A DNA stretch of 64,000 nucleotides from Vicinamibacteria bacterium (GTDB lineage: Bacteria > Acidobacteriota > Vicinamibacteria > Marinacidobacterales > Marinacidobacteraceae): NCBI GenBank assembly GCA_964291235.2, contig OZ219816.1, positions 960,001 to 1,024,000 on the forward strand, read 5' to 3'. The notes under the pieces are model-generated. The model worked only from the letters and a program-made list of their open reading frames with translations, did not search any database and was not told where the DNA came from. Made by a program: the position numbers and the translations under genes. Of the stretch, positions 28,969-38,841 are shown in pieces; the first letter of the stretch is position 1, and every line of letters begins with the position of its first letter.

Positions 28969-31306
28969 GTGCAGAGGTCTCGGACACTCCGTCCAGAGAA
29001 AGGAAGACGCCCGCTTCATCAGGGGCCAGGGCCGCTACATCGACGACATCAAGCTGCCGGGAATGCTCTACCTGGACATCGCCCGGAGTCCCTACGCCCA
29101 CGCGAAGATCACCCAGATTCACGAAGACACCGCGATGGCGGTGGACGGCGTGGCGGCGGTGATCACCGGGAAGACGCTGGAGGGATTCAAGCTCGCCTGG
29201 ATGCCCACCCTGATGAGCGATCAGCAGATGGTGCTGCCGGTGGACACCGTGAAGTACCAGGCGCAGGAAGTGGCCGCGATCGTGGGGACCTCCCGCTATG
29301 CCGTGGCCGACGGCGTGGCCGCCCTCGAGGTGGACTACGACCCGCTTCCGGTGGTCGTGGACCCGCATGAGGCACTGAAGCCGGGGAGCACCAAGGTCAG
29401 GGACGACAAGGCGAGCAACCACATCTTCCACTGGGAACACGGTGACGCGGACGCGACGGAAGCGTCACTCGCCGATTGCGACACCGTCGTCGAGCAGAAG
29501 ATGCATCTGCCCCGCATCCACGTGGCGTCCATCGAGACCTGCGGCTGCGTGGCGAGCTGGAACCCGGTCGAGGGTCATCTCACCCTCTACCTGACCACCC
29601 AGGCGCCCCATGCGATCCGCACCGTGGTGGCGCTCGTGACCGCCCACCTCGGACTCGCCGAGCACAAGATCCGGGTCATCTCTCCCGATATCGGGGGAGG
29701 ATTCGGGGGCAAGGTGCCGGTCTATCCCGGCTACGTGCTGGCTATCGCCGCGTCGGTGGTGACGGGCAAGCCGGTGAAGTGGATCGAGGACCGCTCGGAG
29801 AACCTCCAGGCGGATTCGTTCGCCCGCGATTACCACATCAAGGCCACGCTCGGGTCCAGGAACGGCAAGGTGGCGGCGCTCAAGCTCGACACCGTGGCCG
29901 ACCACGGTTATTCGGACGCGGCGGCCAACCCGTCGAAGTTCCCGGCCGGGCTCTACCACGTCGCCAGCGGCTCCTATGACCTCGAGAACGCCCATGTCTC
30001 CGTGGACGGGGTGTACACGAACAAGCCGCCGGGCGGGATCGCCTACCGGTGTTCGTTCCGCGTCACCGAGGCGGTGCACGCGATCGAGCGAATGGTGGAC
30101 CTCCTGGCTCGCGAGAACGGGGAGGACCCCGCCGATTTCCGGCTGAGGAACTTCATCAAGCCCGAGCAGTTCCCCTACACCTCGGTTCTCGGCTGGGAAT
30201 ACGACAGCGGGAACTACGGCGCTGCGCTCGAAAAGGCCATGGGCATGATCGGCTACCAGGACCTGCGCGCCGAGCAGGCGGAAAAGCGCGCCCGCGGTGA
30301 GCTGATGGGAGTCGGAATCTCGTCATTCACCGAGATCGTGGGCGCCGGCCCGTCCAAGAGCTTCGACATCCTGGGGATCAAGATGTTCGATTCGAGCGAG
30401 ATCCGGATCCATCCCACGGGGAAGGCGATCGCCCGGTTCGGCACCAAGTCCCAGGGGCAGGGGCACGAGACCACCTACGCTCAGATCATCGCGGAGGAAC
30501 TCGGAATCCCGCCCGAGGACATCCAGGTCGAGGAGGGAGACACGGACACCGCGCCCTACGGCCTCGGCACCTACGCGAGCCGTTCGACTCCGACCGCCGG
30601 GGCGGCGGCGTCCATCGCGTCGCGGAAGATCCGGGAGAAGGCGAGGAAGATCGCCGCCCACCTTCTGGAGGCCGACGAAGCGGACCTCGTGTGGGAGCAG
30701 GGGAAGTTTTACGTCAAGGGTTCTCCGGACCGCGCGAAGACCATCCAGGACATCGCGTTCGCGGCCTACACGAATCATCCCCAGGGGATGGAGGCGGGGC
30801 TGGAGGCGATTTCCTACTACGACCCGCCCAACCTGACCTTCCCGTTCGGGTCCTACATCTGCTGCGTGGACATCGACCGGGGCACCGGACAGGTCAAGAT
30901 CCGGCGCTTCGTGGCCGTGGACGACTGCGGGGTACGGATCAACCCGATGATCGTGGACGGCCAGATCCACGGCGGGCTCACGATGGGGATCGCGCCGGCG
31001 CTCCTCGAGGAGATCTCCTACGACGCCGACGGCAACATCACCGGGGGCAACCTCATGGAGTACCTGGTGCCCACCGCGATGGAGACCCCGCACTGGGAGC
31101 TGGGCGAGACGGTTACGCCGTCGCCGCACCACCCGATCGGCGCCAAGGGCGTCGGAGAATCGGCGACCGTGGGCGCGCCCCCGGCGGTCGTGAATGCGGT
31201 GGTGGACGCCCTCTGGCACCTCGGAGTGCGCCACATGGAGATTCCCATGACGCCGGCACGCGTCTGGAACGTGCTGAACGAGCACGGCGCCGCGGCGACT
31301 CGGTAG
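28961..31306 (+). CDS. coxL: Form I aerobic CO dehydrogenase large (Mo-Cu) subunit
   Basis: Active-site AYRCSFR at 30041-30061, GGGFGGK, QGQGHET, KGVGE, coxMSL gene order. Confidence 0.95.
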   Translation: MAECRGLGHSVQRKEDARFIRGQGRYIDDIKLPGMLYLDIARSPYAHAKITQIHEDTAMAVDGVAAVITGKTLEGFKLAWMPTLMSDQQMVLPVDTVKYQAQEVAAIVGTSRYAVADGVAALEVDYDPLPVVVDPHEALKPGSTKVRDDKASNHIFHWEHGDADATEASLADCDTVVEQKMHLPRIHVASIETCGCVASWNPVEGHLTLYLTTQAPHAIRTVVALVTAHLGLAEHKIRVISPDIGGGFGGKVPVYPGYVLAIAASVVTGKPVKWIEDRSENLQADSFARDYHIKATLGSRNGKVAALKLDTVADHGYSDAAANPSKFPAGLYHVASGSYDLENAHVSVDGVYTNKPPGGIAYRCSFRVTEAVHAIERMVDLLARENGEDPADFRLRNFIKPEQFPYTSVLGWEYDSGNYGAALEKAMGMIGYQDLRAEQAEKRARGELMGVGISSFTEIVGAGPSKSFDILGIKMFDSSEIRIHPTGKAIARFGTKSQGQGHETTYAQIIAEELGIPPEDIQVEEGDTDTAPYGLGTYASRSTPTAGAAASIASRKIREKARKIAAHLLEADEADLVWEQGKFYVKGSPDRAKTIQDIAFAAYTNHPQGMEAGLEAISYYDPPNLTFPFGSYICCVDIDRGTGQVKIRRFVAVDDCGVRINPMIVDGQIHGGLTMGIAPALLEEISYDADGNITGGNLMEYLVPTAMETPHWELGETVTPSPHHPIGAKGVGESATVGAPPAVVNAVVDALWHLGVRHMEIPMTPARVWNVLNEHGAAATR

Positions 31307-31325
31307 GAGCCGCGGGTATGCCGCG

Positions 31326-32288
31326 GTGACGGGTCCGACCGACGTCTTCGCCGCCGCCGCGCGCCTCCACCGGGAAGGGGTGCCGTTCGTGCTGGCGACC
31401 GTGGTCCGCGCGGAGCGCCCCACCTCCGCTCGACCGGGCGCGAAGGCGATCGTCACGGCCGACGGGAACTTCGTGGGATTCGTTGGCGGGACGTGCGTCA
31501 GGCCGGCGGTGCGGCGCGAATCCCTGCGGGCGCTGGCGGACGGGACCCCCCGCCTGCTGCGCATCTCTCCGGACCGGCCGCCCGAGGGCGCGGAAACCGA
31601 AGAAGGAGTATTGGAGGAGCACATGGCCTGCGTAAGTGGTGGCGCTCTCGACATCCACCTGGACCCCTATCTGCCGTCGCGCCGGCTCCTGCTCGCCGGG
31701 AGTTCGCCCATCGTGGACTCGCTGGCGGCGCTCGGCGAAACGCTCGGAATGGATGTCCGGATCGGCGCCCCGGAAGAGGATCTGGCCGAGGCCGCGACGG
31801 GAGCCTTCGTGGTGGTCGCCGGACACGGGGAGGGGGAATGGGAAGCGCTGAAGGCCGGCCTCGCCGGCGGGAGCGCACGCTACGTGGGGCTCGTGGCCAG
31901 CCCCCGCCGGGCGGCGGCGGTCCGCGACCGGCTGAGCGGGATGGGCCTTTCCGCGGCGGAGATCGCGCGGCTGCATTCACCGGCCGGTCTGGATATCGGC
32001 GCGGAGACGCCCGGTGAAATCGCGCTCAGCATCCTCGCCCAGATCGTGGAGGACCGGCAGCCGACGGGGCGGACCGAGGCCGCTCCGGAGGAACCCGCTC
32101 CGCCGCCGATGGTCGGCATTGCGCTCGACGCCCCGGCGGACGACACGGCGGTGGACCCGATCTGCGGAATGACCGTCTCCCGGGACTCCCCGCACCGGCT
32201 GGAGTCCGGCGGCGCAACGCACTGGTTTTGTTGCGCTGGCTGCCTGGAGACGTTCGCTACCACCGGGGAGGCCGGCGATCCCGCGTAA
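31326..32288 (+). CDS. XdhC/CoxF family maturation protein with C-terminal YHS/TRASH domain
   Basis: PGAKAIV...GFVGGTC, YVGLVAS.RR, PAGLDIGAETP.EIALSI. Tail DPICGMTV...HWFCCAGCLETF. Confidence 0.88.
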   Translation: MTGPTDVFAAAARLHREGVPFVLATVVRAERPTSARPGAKAIVTADGNFVGFVGGTCVRPAVRRESLRALADGTPRLLRISPDRPPEGAETEEGVLEEHMACVSGGALDIHLDPYLPSRRLLLAGSSPIVDSLAALGETLGMDVRIGAPEEDLAEAATGAFVVVAGHGEGEWEALKAGLAGGSARYVGLVASPRRAAAVRDRLSGMGLSAAEIARLHSPAGLDIGAETPGEIALSILAQIVEDRQPTGRTEAAPEEPAPPPMVGIALDAPADDTAVDPICGMTVSRDSPHRLESGGATHWFCCAGCLETFATTGEAGDPA

Positions 32289-32335
32289 ATCGCCCGCTGA
32301 GCAGGTGCCGCGGTCCGGCAGGAGGGCCCAAAACG

Positions 32336-33511
32336 ATGAAACCTCGCCACACGTTCCTCGCCGTCGTGGTGATCTCCTTGATCGCCGCGGGCGCTCCTAC
32401 CCAAACACCAACCCGCGCCCGGGATCTGGGGGTTCCATTCGAGGGCGAGCCGGGCCCGCTCAACGCCATCACCGACGTTTCCGGACTGGAGGTGGGACAC
32501 ACCACGATCCTGCGGGAAGAGGGGCCGGTCCGGACCGGGGTCACCGCGGTGCTGCCGCGCGGGCGGATGAGCCGGGTCGGGGTGTTCGCCAACTGGTTCG
32601 CCCTGAACGGCAACGGAGAGATGACCGGTACGACCTGGGTCAGCGACCGGGGAATTCTGAAGGGGCCCGTGCTCATTACGAACACCTACAGCGTCGGCGC
32701 GGTCCACGAGGCCGCGATTGCCTGGGCCGAACAGAATCTCGGTTTCCGCGCCTGGACGTTGCCGATGGTTGCTGAGACCTGGGACGGATTCCTGAACGAC
32801 ATCACCGGCTTCCATGTCCGCCGCCAGCATGTGTTCGCCGCGCTGGAGTCCGCCCGCGGAGGACCGGTCGAGGAGGGGTCGGTGGGAGGTGGCACCGGAA
32901 TGCGGACCTTCGAGTTCAAGTCGGGAATCGGCACCGCCTCGCGCCGGGTCGGGACCGGCGGGACGGACTACACGGTGGGCGTCCTGGTTCAGTCCAACTT
33001 CGGCCGGCGTCCGCAGCTCCGCATCGCCGGGGTTCCCGTGGGACGGGAGATCCCCGACCTGCTGCCGGAGAACCCGCCGCTTTCGGGAGCCGGGCCGCCC
33101 GCCCCAAGGGGAGGACGGGACGGATCCATCATCATCATCGCGGCCACGGATGCTCCGCTGCTCCCGCACCAGTTGAAGCGTCTTGCCCGCCGGGCGTCCT
33201 TGGGACTCGGACGCCTCGGGAGCATCTCGATGAACGGCTCCGGAGACATTTTCGCGGCGTTCTCCACTGCCAACGAGGACGCCGTCGCCAACGAGAGCGG
33301 CGAGGCTCGATTGCGGATGTTGGCGAACTCCGATCTGAACCCGCTCTTCGAAGGGGTCGTGCAGGCCACCGAGGAGGCAATCGTGAATTCCATGATCGCG
33401 GCCCGCGACATGACCGGAGTGAACGGCCGCCGGATCTATGCGATCCCGCACGAACGTCTCCAGGAAATCCTCCGCCGCTACGACCGGCTGCTGGCGGTAA
33501 CCCCGGATTGA
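32336..33511 (+). CDS. Secreted P1/S58 family peptidase (DmpA-like aminopeptidase)
   Basis: RARDLG...GPLNAITDV, NGNGEMTG, EGSVGGGTGM..FEFK.GIG.ASR, GSIIIIAATDAPL autoproteolysis site, GSGDI. Confidence 0.92.
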   Translation: MKPRHTFLAVVVISLIAAGAPTQTPTRARDLGVPFEGEPGPLNAITDVSGLEVGHTTILREEGPVRTGVTAVLPRGRMSRVGVFANWFALNGNGEMTGTTWVSDRGILKGPVLITNTYSVGAVHEAAIAWAEQNLGFRAWTLPMVAETWDGFLNDITGFHVRRQHVFAALESARGGPVEEGSVGGGTGMRTFEFKSGIGTASRRVGTGGTDYTVGVLVQSNFGRRPQLRIAGVPVGREIPDLLPENPPLSGAGPPAPRGGRDGSIIIIAATDAPLLPHQLKRLARRASLGLGRLGSISMNGSGDIFAAFSTANEDAVANESGEARLRMLANSDLNPLFEGVVQATEEAIVNSMIAARDMTGVNGRRIYAIPHERLQEILRRYDRLLAVTPD

Positions 33512-33588
33512 CGGCCCATCCGGATTCGGGCCGGGCGCCATAGGCACACCCAAGCGGGGCGTTCAGAGCAGCGCTAACCTGCCCGAAG

Positions 33589-34777
33589 ATGAGGGCTGTA
33601 CGTCGTTGGCCGGGGTGGAAGTTGCTGGTGGCGGTATCACGATCCCTGTCGCGTGCGGCGCTGATCGCCGCGTGCGGGTTCGCCGGCTGCGGGGACTCGG
33701 GTGGGCCCACGTCGCCCCCGGTGGGAACCGGTCCCGACGGCGCTTGAGATCCGTGGCCTGCCTGAGGCGCCCTTTCCCGTGGGGGCGCGCGCCGACCTGA
33801 CTGCCCGCGCCACATTCAGCGACGGCTCCGCCGGCCTGGCGGACGCCGTCTGGCAGTCCAGCGATCCCATGGTGGCGAGCATTGACCAGCGCGGCAACCT
33901 GCGAGCTCATGCCGAAGGAGAAACGCGCATCACGGCGACGTTCGGCCCCGTCCGGAGCGAAGCGGCCCTGTCGGTGACGCCGCCGACCGTGGCGCTTTAC
34001 GACCTGACCGGCAGGGTGGTCAACCAAAACGGCAAACCGGTGGCGGACGTGCTGATCGTCGCCCTCGACGGGGCTTCCGCGGGTGAGGAGACGCGGACCG
34101 GGTGGGACGGCCGTTTTTTCCTATCGGAACTGCGGGGAGAGACGACTGTCGCGGCCCGGAAGGATGGCTACGCGGAGCAGGAGCAACGATCCACCGGACC
34201 CCCGCAGGAACTTCACTTCACCCTGGACGGTCTGGCGCCCCGCGACTCGTTTGGCGGCGGCCAGTGGCTCGTGGGTGATGAAATCGTCGCCCGCCGCTAT
34301 TTCGGGGATCCCGAGTCGGGATGTGTCTGGCAGCGCCGCTCGGGGTATTCGGACATCGGGGGAGTGGACCGCGCCGCCACGAGCCCGCCGGACCCGGACT
34401 TCATCGCCGAGGGCTTCTTCGGCTTTGACGCTCTCCAGGCGATCGTGGACATCCACGACGACGACGCGATCTTCCGTTCCACCCCCGAATGCGGCGTCTG
34501 GGGATCCGAGCCCTCCATCTCCCGGGTGCAGGAGACGATCGGGCCCGGCAACTGGCTGGTCGGTTTGCAACTCTTGCCCGGGACCTACCGCGCCGAGGCG
34601 GGCGAGCACTGTTACTGGGCGCGGGTGAAGAGCTTCGGGGGAACCTCGGAGGACATCATCGAGGACGATTTCCTCGAGGCGCCCGGCGGGGTCACGGTCA
34701 CGCTCGACGATTCCGATGTCGGCTTCTACACCGACGACGAGTGCGGTCCCTGGACCCGGGTCGAAGCCCCTCCCTGA
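33589..34777 (+). pseudogene. Lipoprotein with Ig-like, carboxypeptidase-regulatory-like and duplicated C-terminal domains; +1 frameshift (possibly a sequencing error)
   Basis: ATG 33589 gives a signal and lipobox FAGC-GDSGGPTSPPV. One extra G at about 33724 separates it from EPVPTALEI...WQSSDPMVASID (Ig-like) and two G.WLVG...Y...C.W.R repeats. Confidence 0.7.
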
Positions 34778-34793
34778 CGCCCACTGGGGTTAA

Positions 34794-34990
34794 CAGCCTG
34801 TGGCAAAACCCCCGCGGCCCAGTTCTCCCGGTGGGGGCTCGAGCGGCGATGCATCCCGTCTGAACCGCGCCTCTACGAGGCGCTCATCGTTGCGTTTCGG
34901 TCGAAATACACCTGGTATTCCTCCCTCACGCGCCTTGTCAGCCGGGCGCCTTGCCACTCTCGGTGCTCACGGGGGTTTCACCACAGGCTG
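34794..34990. mobile_element. MITE copy 1 (non-autonomous, TIR-bounded)
   Basis: Ends CAGCCTGTGGCAAAACCCCCG ... CGGGGGTTTCACCACAGGCTG, flanked by TTAA/CTAA. Homologous to 52296-52474. Confidence 0.8.
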
Positions 34991-35003
34991 CTAAAAGCGG
35001 GAA

Positions 35004-37394
35004 TCAGAAACTGAGATCCAGCTCGATCCCGATCGTCCGCGGTTCGCCGGCGCGGCCAAGCGCGCTGAAAATCGGAGCGGTCGGCTGCCACGCCTGGAGG
35101 AGATACGCCTCGTCGAGGAGGTTCCTCCCGAAGGCGAACACCCCGAAGTTGCCTCGCTGGTAGCCGAAGCGGGCGTTCACCAGCGTGCGCCCTCCGACCC
35201 GGAAGCGCGCGTCGTTACCGCTGTTCGAAAAGGCGTCGGCCTGTGCGGCGACCTCGGTGTTCCCTGACCAGTTGTCATCCAGCCGGACGGAAACCCCGGT
35301 CAGCCACGACCATGCCGGCGCGTGCGGGAACTCGTTCCCCGTGAAGTCCCGCTCCCCGTCGCGGAACTCGTCGAACCGGGTGCTGAGCAGGCCGAGCGAA
35401 CCGTAGAGCTGGACGCGCGGGTCGAGCCAGTAGCCGGTCTGCGCCTCCAGCCCGGTGACGGTGGATTCCCCGGCGTTGACGGTGACGGTGTCCACCGGAA
35501 GGCCGAGATCCGTCATCACCCGGACCTGCTGGTCGGTCCAGTCGGTGTAGAAGACATTCCCGTTGAAGAACCAGCGCCGGTCGGGAGCCGCCGCGCGCAG
35601 CGCGAACTCGACGTTGCTCGTGAACTCGGGCTCGAAATCACTGACCCGCTGGCTGAGGACGGCGATCGACTGCCCGCCGGCCCGATAACCCCGCTGCCAG
35701 CCGATCGAGGTGGACAGCGAGTCGGTCCAGTCGCGGGTCAGGGTGGCTTTCGGAAGAAAGGCCCGGTAGGAGGCGTCCAATTCCTGCGGGGGCCCCTCTG
35801 GCGGGAACTGCGGGAGGGGTGGATCGGAGACGACTCCCTGGCGGTTCACGGTCTCGCGGCTCTCGCTGTCGTAGCGGGCGCCGAGGGTGACGGTCCAGGC
35901 GTCGGCCAGGCCGAGGTCGAACTCGCCGAAGACGGCCGCGTTCCGCGTCGCTTCCTCGGTGTTGAAGAACGAGGTCAGGACGAACCCCGGGGGAAGTCCC
36001 GCGAGCTCGCCCGGGCCGGCGGCGTCCGCCTGCAGCGTGTCGGTCAGGTCTGCGAAATAAAGGCCCAGGACTCCACGCCGCCGGCCCGGCCCCTGGTAGC
36101 GCAGGAGGAACTCCTGGGTCATCCACTCGTCGTCGGTCGTGTAGTCGAGGACACCGGCTGCCAGGGGTGTCTGGTCCAGATCCTCCTCCCGGCGGTAGTC
36201 GTGCTGGTAGATGCTGGAGGTGGATTCGAGGGACAGCCGGTGGCTCAGGTCGTAGGCGAGCCCCAGCGTCACGTTGTGGTGCTCCGAACCGTCGGCGGCA
36301 GGGTGGTCCGAGATGTTGACGCGCTCCTCCGGAAAGCGGTCCACGTTGATCGCCCCGTCGCCGCCGCGGCTCTCGGTCGCCTGATAGGTGAGCATCCCCC
36401 GGAACCGGGCCGTCGGATCGAAGCGCAGCTTCATGCGGATCGCGAGGTAGTCGCGAAAGTCATAGGAGTCGTCTCCGCGGGTTGTGTTCTGGACGAACCC
36501 GTCGCTCTTTCGGTTGTCCACCGCGAGCCGGAAGGCGGCCTTGCCGGCCACGATGGGAACGTTCAGGACCGCCGAGCCCTGGGTGGCGCCGAGGTTGCCG
36601 AACCGGCCCCGCACCCGCACGGCAGTCCGGTATTCCGGATCGGTGCTCTTCATGACGATGGCGCCGGCAAGGGCGTTGCGCCCCTGCTGGGTGGACTGCG
36701 GCCCGCGGAAGATCTCCACCCGGTCCATGTCCCAGGTGCTGAACGGTCCGAAGAAAGTGCCCTGGTAGCCCTGCACCGTGGCGCCGTCCAGCTTGACGCT
36801 CAGCAGCAACCCGCCTTCGGGGCCAAAGCCCTGCTGGCTGATACCCCGGATGGAGAAACCGCGGACGTCGGAGGAGGAGTTGACGTTCGGCGTCATGGCG
36901 ACGAGCCGGGAAAGGTCGGTGTCGGTCCCGGAATCGAGTTGCGCTCCGGTAGCGAGCGCCACGCTGGTGGGTTCGTCCTGAAGACTCCTCTCCTGCTGCT
37001 GGCCGGTGACGGTCACCCGTTCCGCGAAGGACATGTCGAGCGGAATGCTGATGCGGACCTCGCCGGCGCTCCCGACCGTGATCTCGACGGTGCGGTCGGC
37101 GAAACCGCGCCCGAGCACGGTCAGACGGTGGAGGCCTTCCGGGAGCGTGTCGAAGCGGAACGATCCCGCCGCGTCGCTGGTGGTCTCCCGAATCTGGCCG
37201 TTCGCGAGGGTGAGGATCACGTTGGCGCCCGGAACCAGGAGTCCCTGCGGATCGGTGACCTCGCCTACGATCTCGGCTGCCGAGAGTGTGGTTCCGATCG
37301 CGGACGCGACCCCTGCTTCGGGGGACGCGGGTAAGAGGAGGCAGGAGAGCGCGGCGGTGGCAGCAAGAACGCGGCGCGGGACGAAGCGGGACAT
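35004..37394 (-). CDS. TonB-dependent outer membrane receptor with N-terminal carboxypeptidase-regulatory-like domain
   Basis: ERVTVTG TonB-box region, FSIRGI, DRVEIFRGPQST..GRNALAGAI plug, GRNLLDEAY, C-terminal Phe. Confidence 0.92.
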   Translation of the reverse strand: MSRFVPRRVLAATAALSCLLLPASPEAGVASAIGTTLSAAEIVGEVTDPQGLLVPGANVILTLANGQIRETTSDAAGSFRFDTLPEGLHRLTVLGRGFADRTVEITVGSAGEVRISIPLDMSFAERVTVTGQQQERSLQDEPTSVALATGAQLDSGTDTDLSRLVAMTPNVNSSSDVRGFSIRGISQQGFGPEGGLLLSVKLDGATVQGYQGTFFGPFSTWDMDRVEIFRGPQSTQQGRNALAGAIVMKSTDPEYRTAVRVRGRFGNLGATQGSAVLNVPIVAGKAAFRLAVDNRKSDGFVQNTTRGDDSYDFRDYLAIRMKLRFDPTARFRGMLTYQATESRGGDGAINVDRFPEERVNISDHPAADGSEHHNVTLGLAYDLSHRLSLESTSSIYQHDYRREEDLDQTPLAAGVLDYTTDDEWMTQEFLLRYQGPGRRRGVLGLYFADLTDTLQADAAGPGELAGLPPGFVLTSFFNTEEATRNAAVFGEFDLGLADAWTVTLGARYDSESRETVNRQGVVSDPPLPQFPPEGPPQELDASYRAFLPKATLTRDWTDSLSTSIGWQRGYRAGGQSIAVLSQRVSDFEPEFTSNVEFALRAAAPDRRWFFNGNVFYTDWTDQQVRVMTDLGLPVDTVTVNAGESTVTGLEAQTGYWLDPRVQLYGSLGLLSTRFDEFRDGERDFTGNEFPHAPAWSWLTGVSVRLDDNWSGNTEVAAQADAFSNSGNDARFRVGGRTLVNARFGYQRGNFGVFAFGRNLLDEAYLLQAWQPTAPIFSALGRAGEPRTIGIELDLSF

Positions 37395-37485
37395 GGCGGG
37401 AACCTCAGCCGGGAAGACTACGCCGAAGGGCGGGTGAAAGATCCGTTCGCGCCGTCCGTACGCGATCCGCCGATCAGGAAAGCCT

Positions 37486-37528
37486 TTGACACATCTCAAT
37501 TGACACATTTCACATGCCACACCATACT
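37486..37528 (+). promoter_or_regulatory. Sigma70 promoter and putative operator of TA operon 1
   Basis: TTGACA 37500-37505, 17-nt spacer, CATACT 37523-37528. TTGACACAT direct repeat at 37486 and 37500. Confidence 0.75.
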
Positions 37529-37534
37529 GGCCGC

Positions 37535-37843
37535 ATGTCCCGCCGCCACAAGGTCCAGGTCACGCTGAACGAGGTCGAATACGCCGCGGTCCGGCGCCGG
37601 GCCGAAGCCGAGGGTCTCAAGCACGCGGCCGTCGTCCGCGAGGCGATTCAGGAGTACTGCGTCAAGCCGGACCGGCGCCGGCGACAACTGGAGGCGCTGG
37701 AAGCGCTTCGCAGCATGCCGCCCGCGCCGGTTCCGGAGTCCTGGTCGGAGTGGAAACGGGAATACAGCCGCTTGAAGACAGCGTTTCGCGTCGCCGAATG
37801 GCCGCGGCGCGACGCCCCCGCGGACACCAAATCGAATGACTGA
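37535..37843 (+). CDS. Putative RHH/CopG-type antitoxin (VapB-like)
   Basis: KVQVTL...Y.AVRRRA...G....AVVREAI RHH pattern. Overlaps the downstream PIN gene. Confidence 0.72.
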   Translation: MSRRHKVQVTLNEVEYAAVRRRAEAEGLKHAAVVREAIQEYCVKPDRRRRQLEALEALRSMPPAPVPESWSEWKREYSRLKTAFRVAEWPRRDAPADTKSND

Positions 37844-38303
37844 GTCGCAGCCCCATCCGGGTGAGCGGCCGTTCGAGCCTCCTGGGGTGATCTTCGTCGA
37901 CGCGAACGTCTTCATGTACGCGGCGGGTGCGGATGCCAGGTGGCGGGAGACCTGTGACGCGGTGTTGGAGAGTCTTCAGGAGAGCAAGGTGCGGGTCGTG
38001 ACGAATGCGGAAGTCCTTCAGGAGATCCTCCACCGATACTTCGCCCAACATCGTCCTGGAGAGGCCCAAACTGTCCACCGCGCCGCTCAGGAACTTTGCG
38101 ACGAGATCATCCCGGTAACGGAACATCACACGACCCGCGCGCTCGCGCTGCTTCTCGAATACGAGGGGCTCTCCGCTCGCGACGCTGTTCACATCGCCAC
38201 AATGGAGGCGCGCGAGGTCCGCACCATCGTGTCGGCGGACCAGGGCTTTGATGCAGTGTCTGGCGTGGATCGAATCGACCCCCGGGACTTCGTCCGCGCC
38301 TGA
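37836..38303 (+). CDS. vapC: PIN-domain toxin
   Basis: IFVDANVFMYA, EVLQEILHRY, LSARDAVHIA, SADQGFD. Confidence 0.9.
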   Translation: MTESQPHPGERPFEPPGVIFVDANVFMYAAGADARWRETCDAVLESLQESKVRVVTNAEVLQEILHRYFAQHRPGEAQTVHRAAQELCDEIIPVTEHHTTRALALLLEYEGLSARDAVHIATMEAREVRTIVSADQGFDAVSGVDRIDPRDFVRA

Positions 38304-38352
38304 TCGGGTCCGGTCGGCGCCTGCCAGCGCCGGCGAGCCGTAGAATCCGGCG

Positions 38353-38793
38353 ATGGACATTGAAGGCACCGAGATCATCAGCGCCCCCCGCGAGAAGGTC
38401 TGGGCCTTCGTCACCGACGCGGAATCGGTGGCCTCCTGCACCCCCGGCGTGAAGTCGGTCCGCATCCTCGAGCCCGGTAAGCGGTTCGAGGTGGTGGGCG
38501 GCGTCAAGCTCGGTACCGTGGGGCTGAACGCGAAGAACGTCATCGAGTTCACCGATCTGGTGGAACTCGAAGAGGCCCGGCTCAAGATCCGGGGCCGGGG
38601 ACCGGGCACCACCATCGATGCCGTCGCCGAACTGCGGCTGCGGGACGAGGAATCCGGTACCGCGCTGGACTGGAAGGGCACGGTGCAGGTGCGGGGCACG
38701 CTGGCTGCGCTTGCCTCCCGGCTGCTGAAACCGGTCACCGAAAAGGTGCTGCGCGAGATGTTCGCCGAGATGCGATCCAAGATCGAGGCCTGA
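38353..38793 (+). CDS. coxG: CO dehydrogenase subunit G (SRPBCC fold)
   Basis: APREKVWAFVTD...VASCTPG, VKLG.V, T.LDW.G.VQV.G.LA.L..RL. Confidence 0.82.
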   Translation: MDIEGTEIISAPREKVWAFVTDAESVASCTPGVKSVRILEPGKRFEVVGGVKLGTVGLNAKNVIEFTDLVELEEARLKIRGRGPGTTIDAVAELRLRDEESGTALDWKGTVQVRGTLAALASRLLKPVTEKVLREMFAEMRSKIEA

Positions 38794-38841
38794 ACGGCCT
38801 GCCGCGTTCCACCCACGGAACCCACCGAGGAAAGGAAATCC

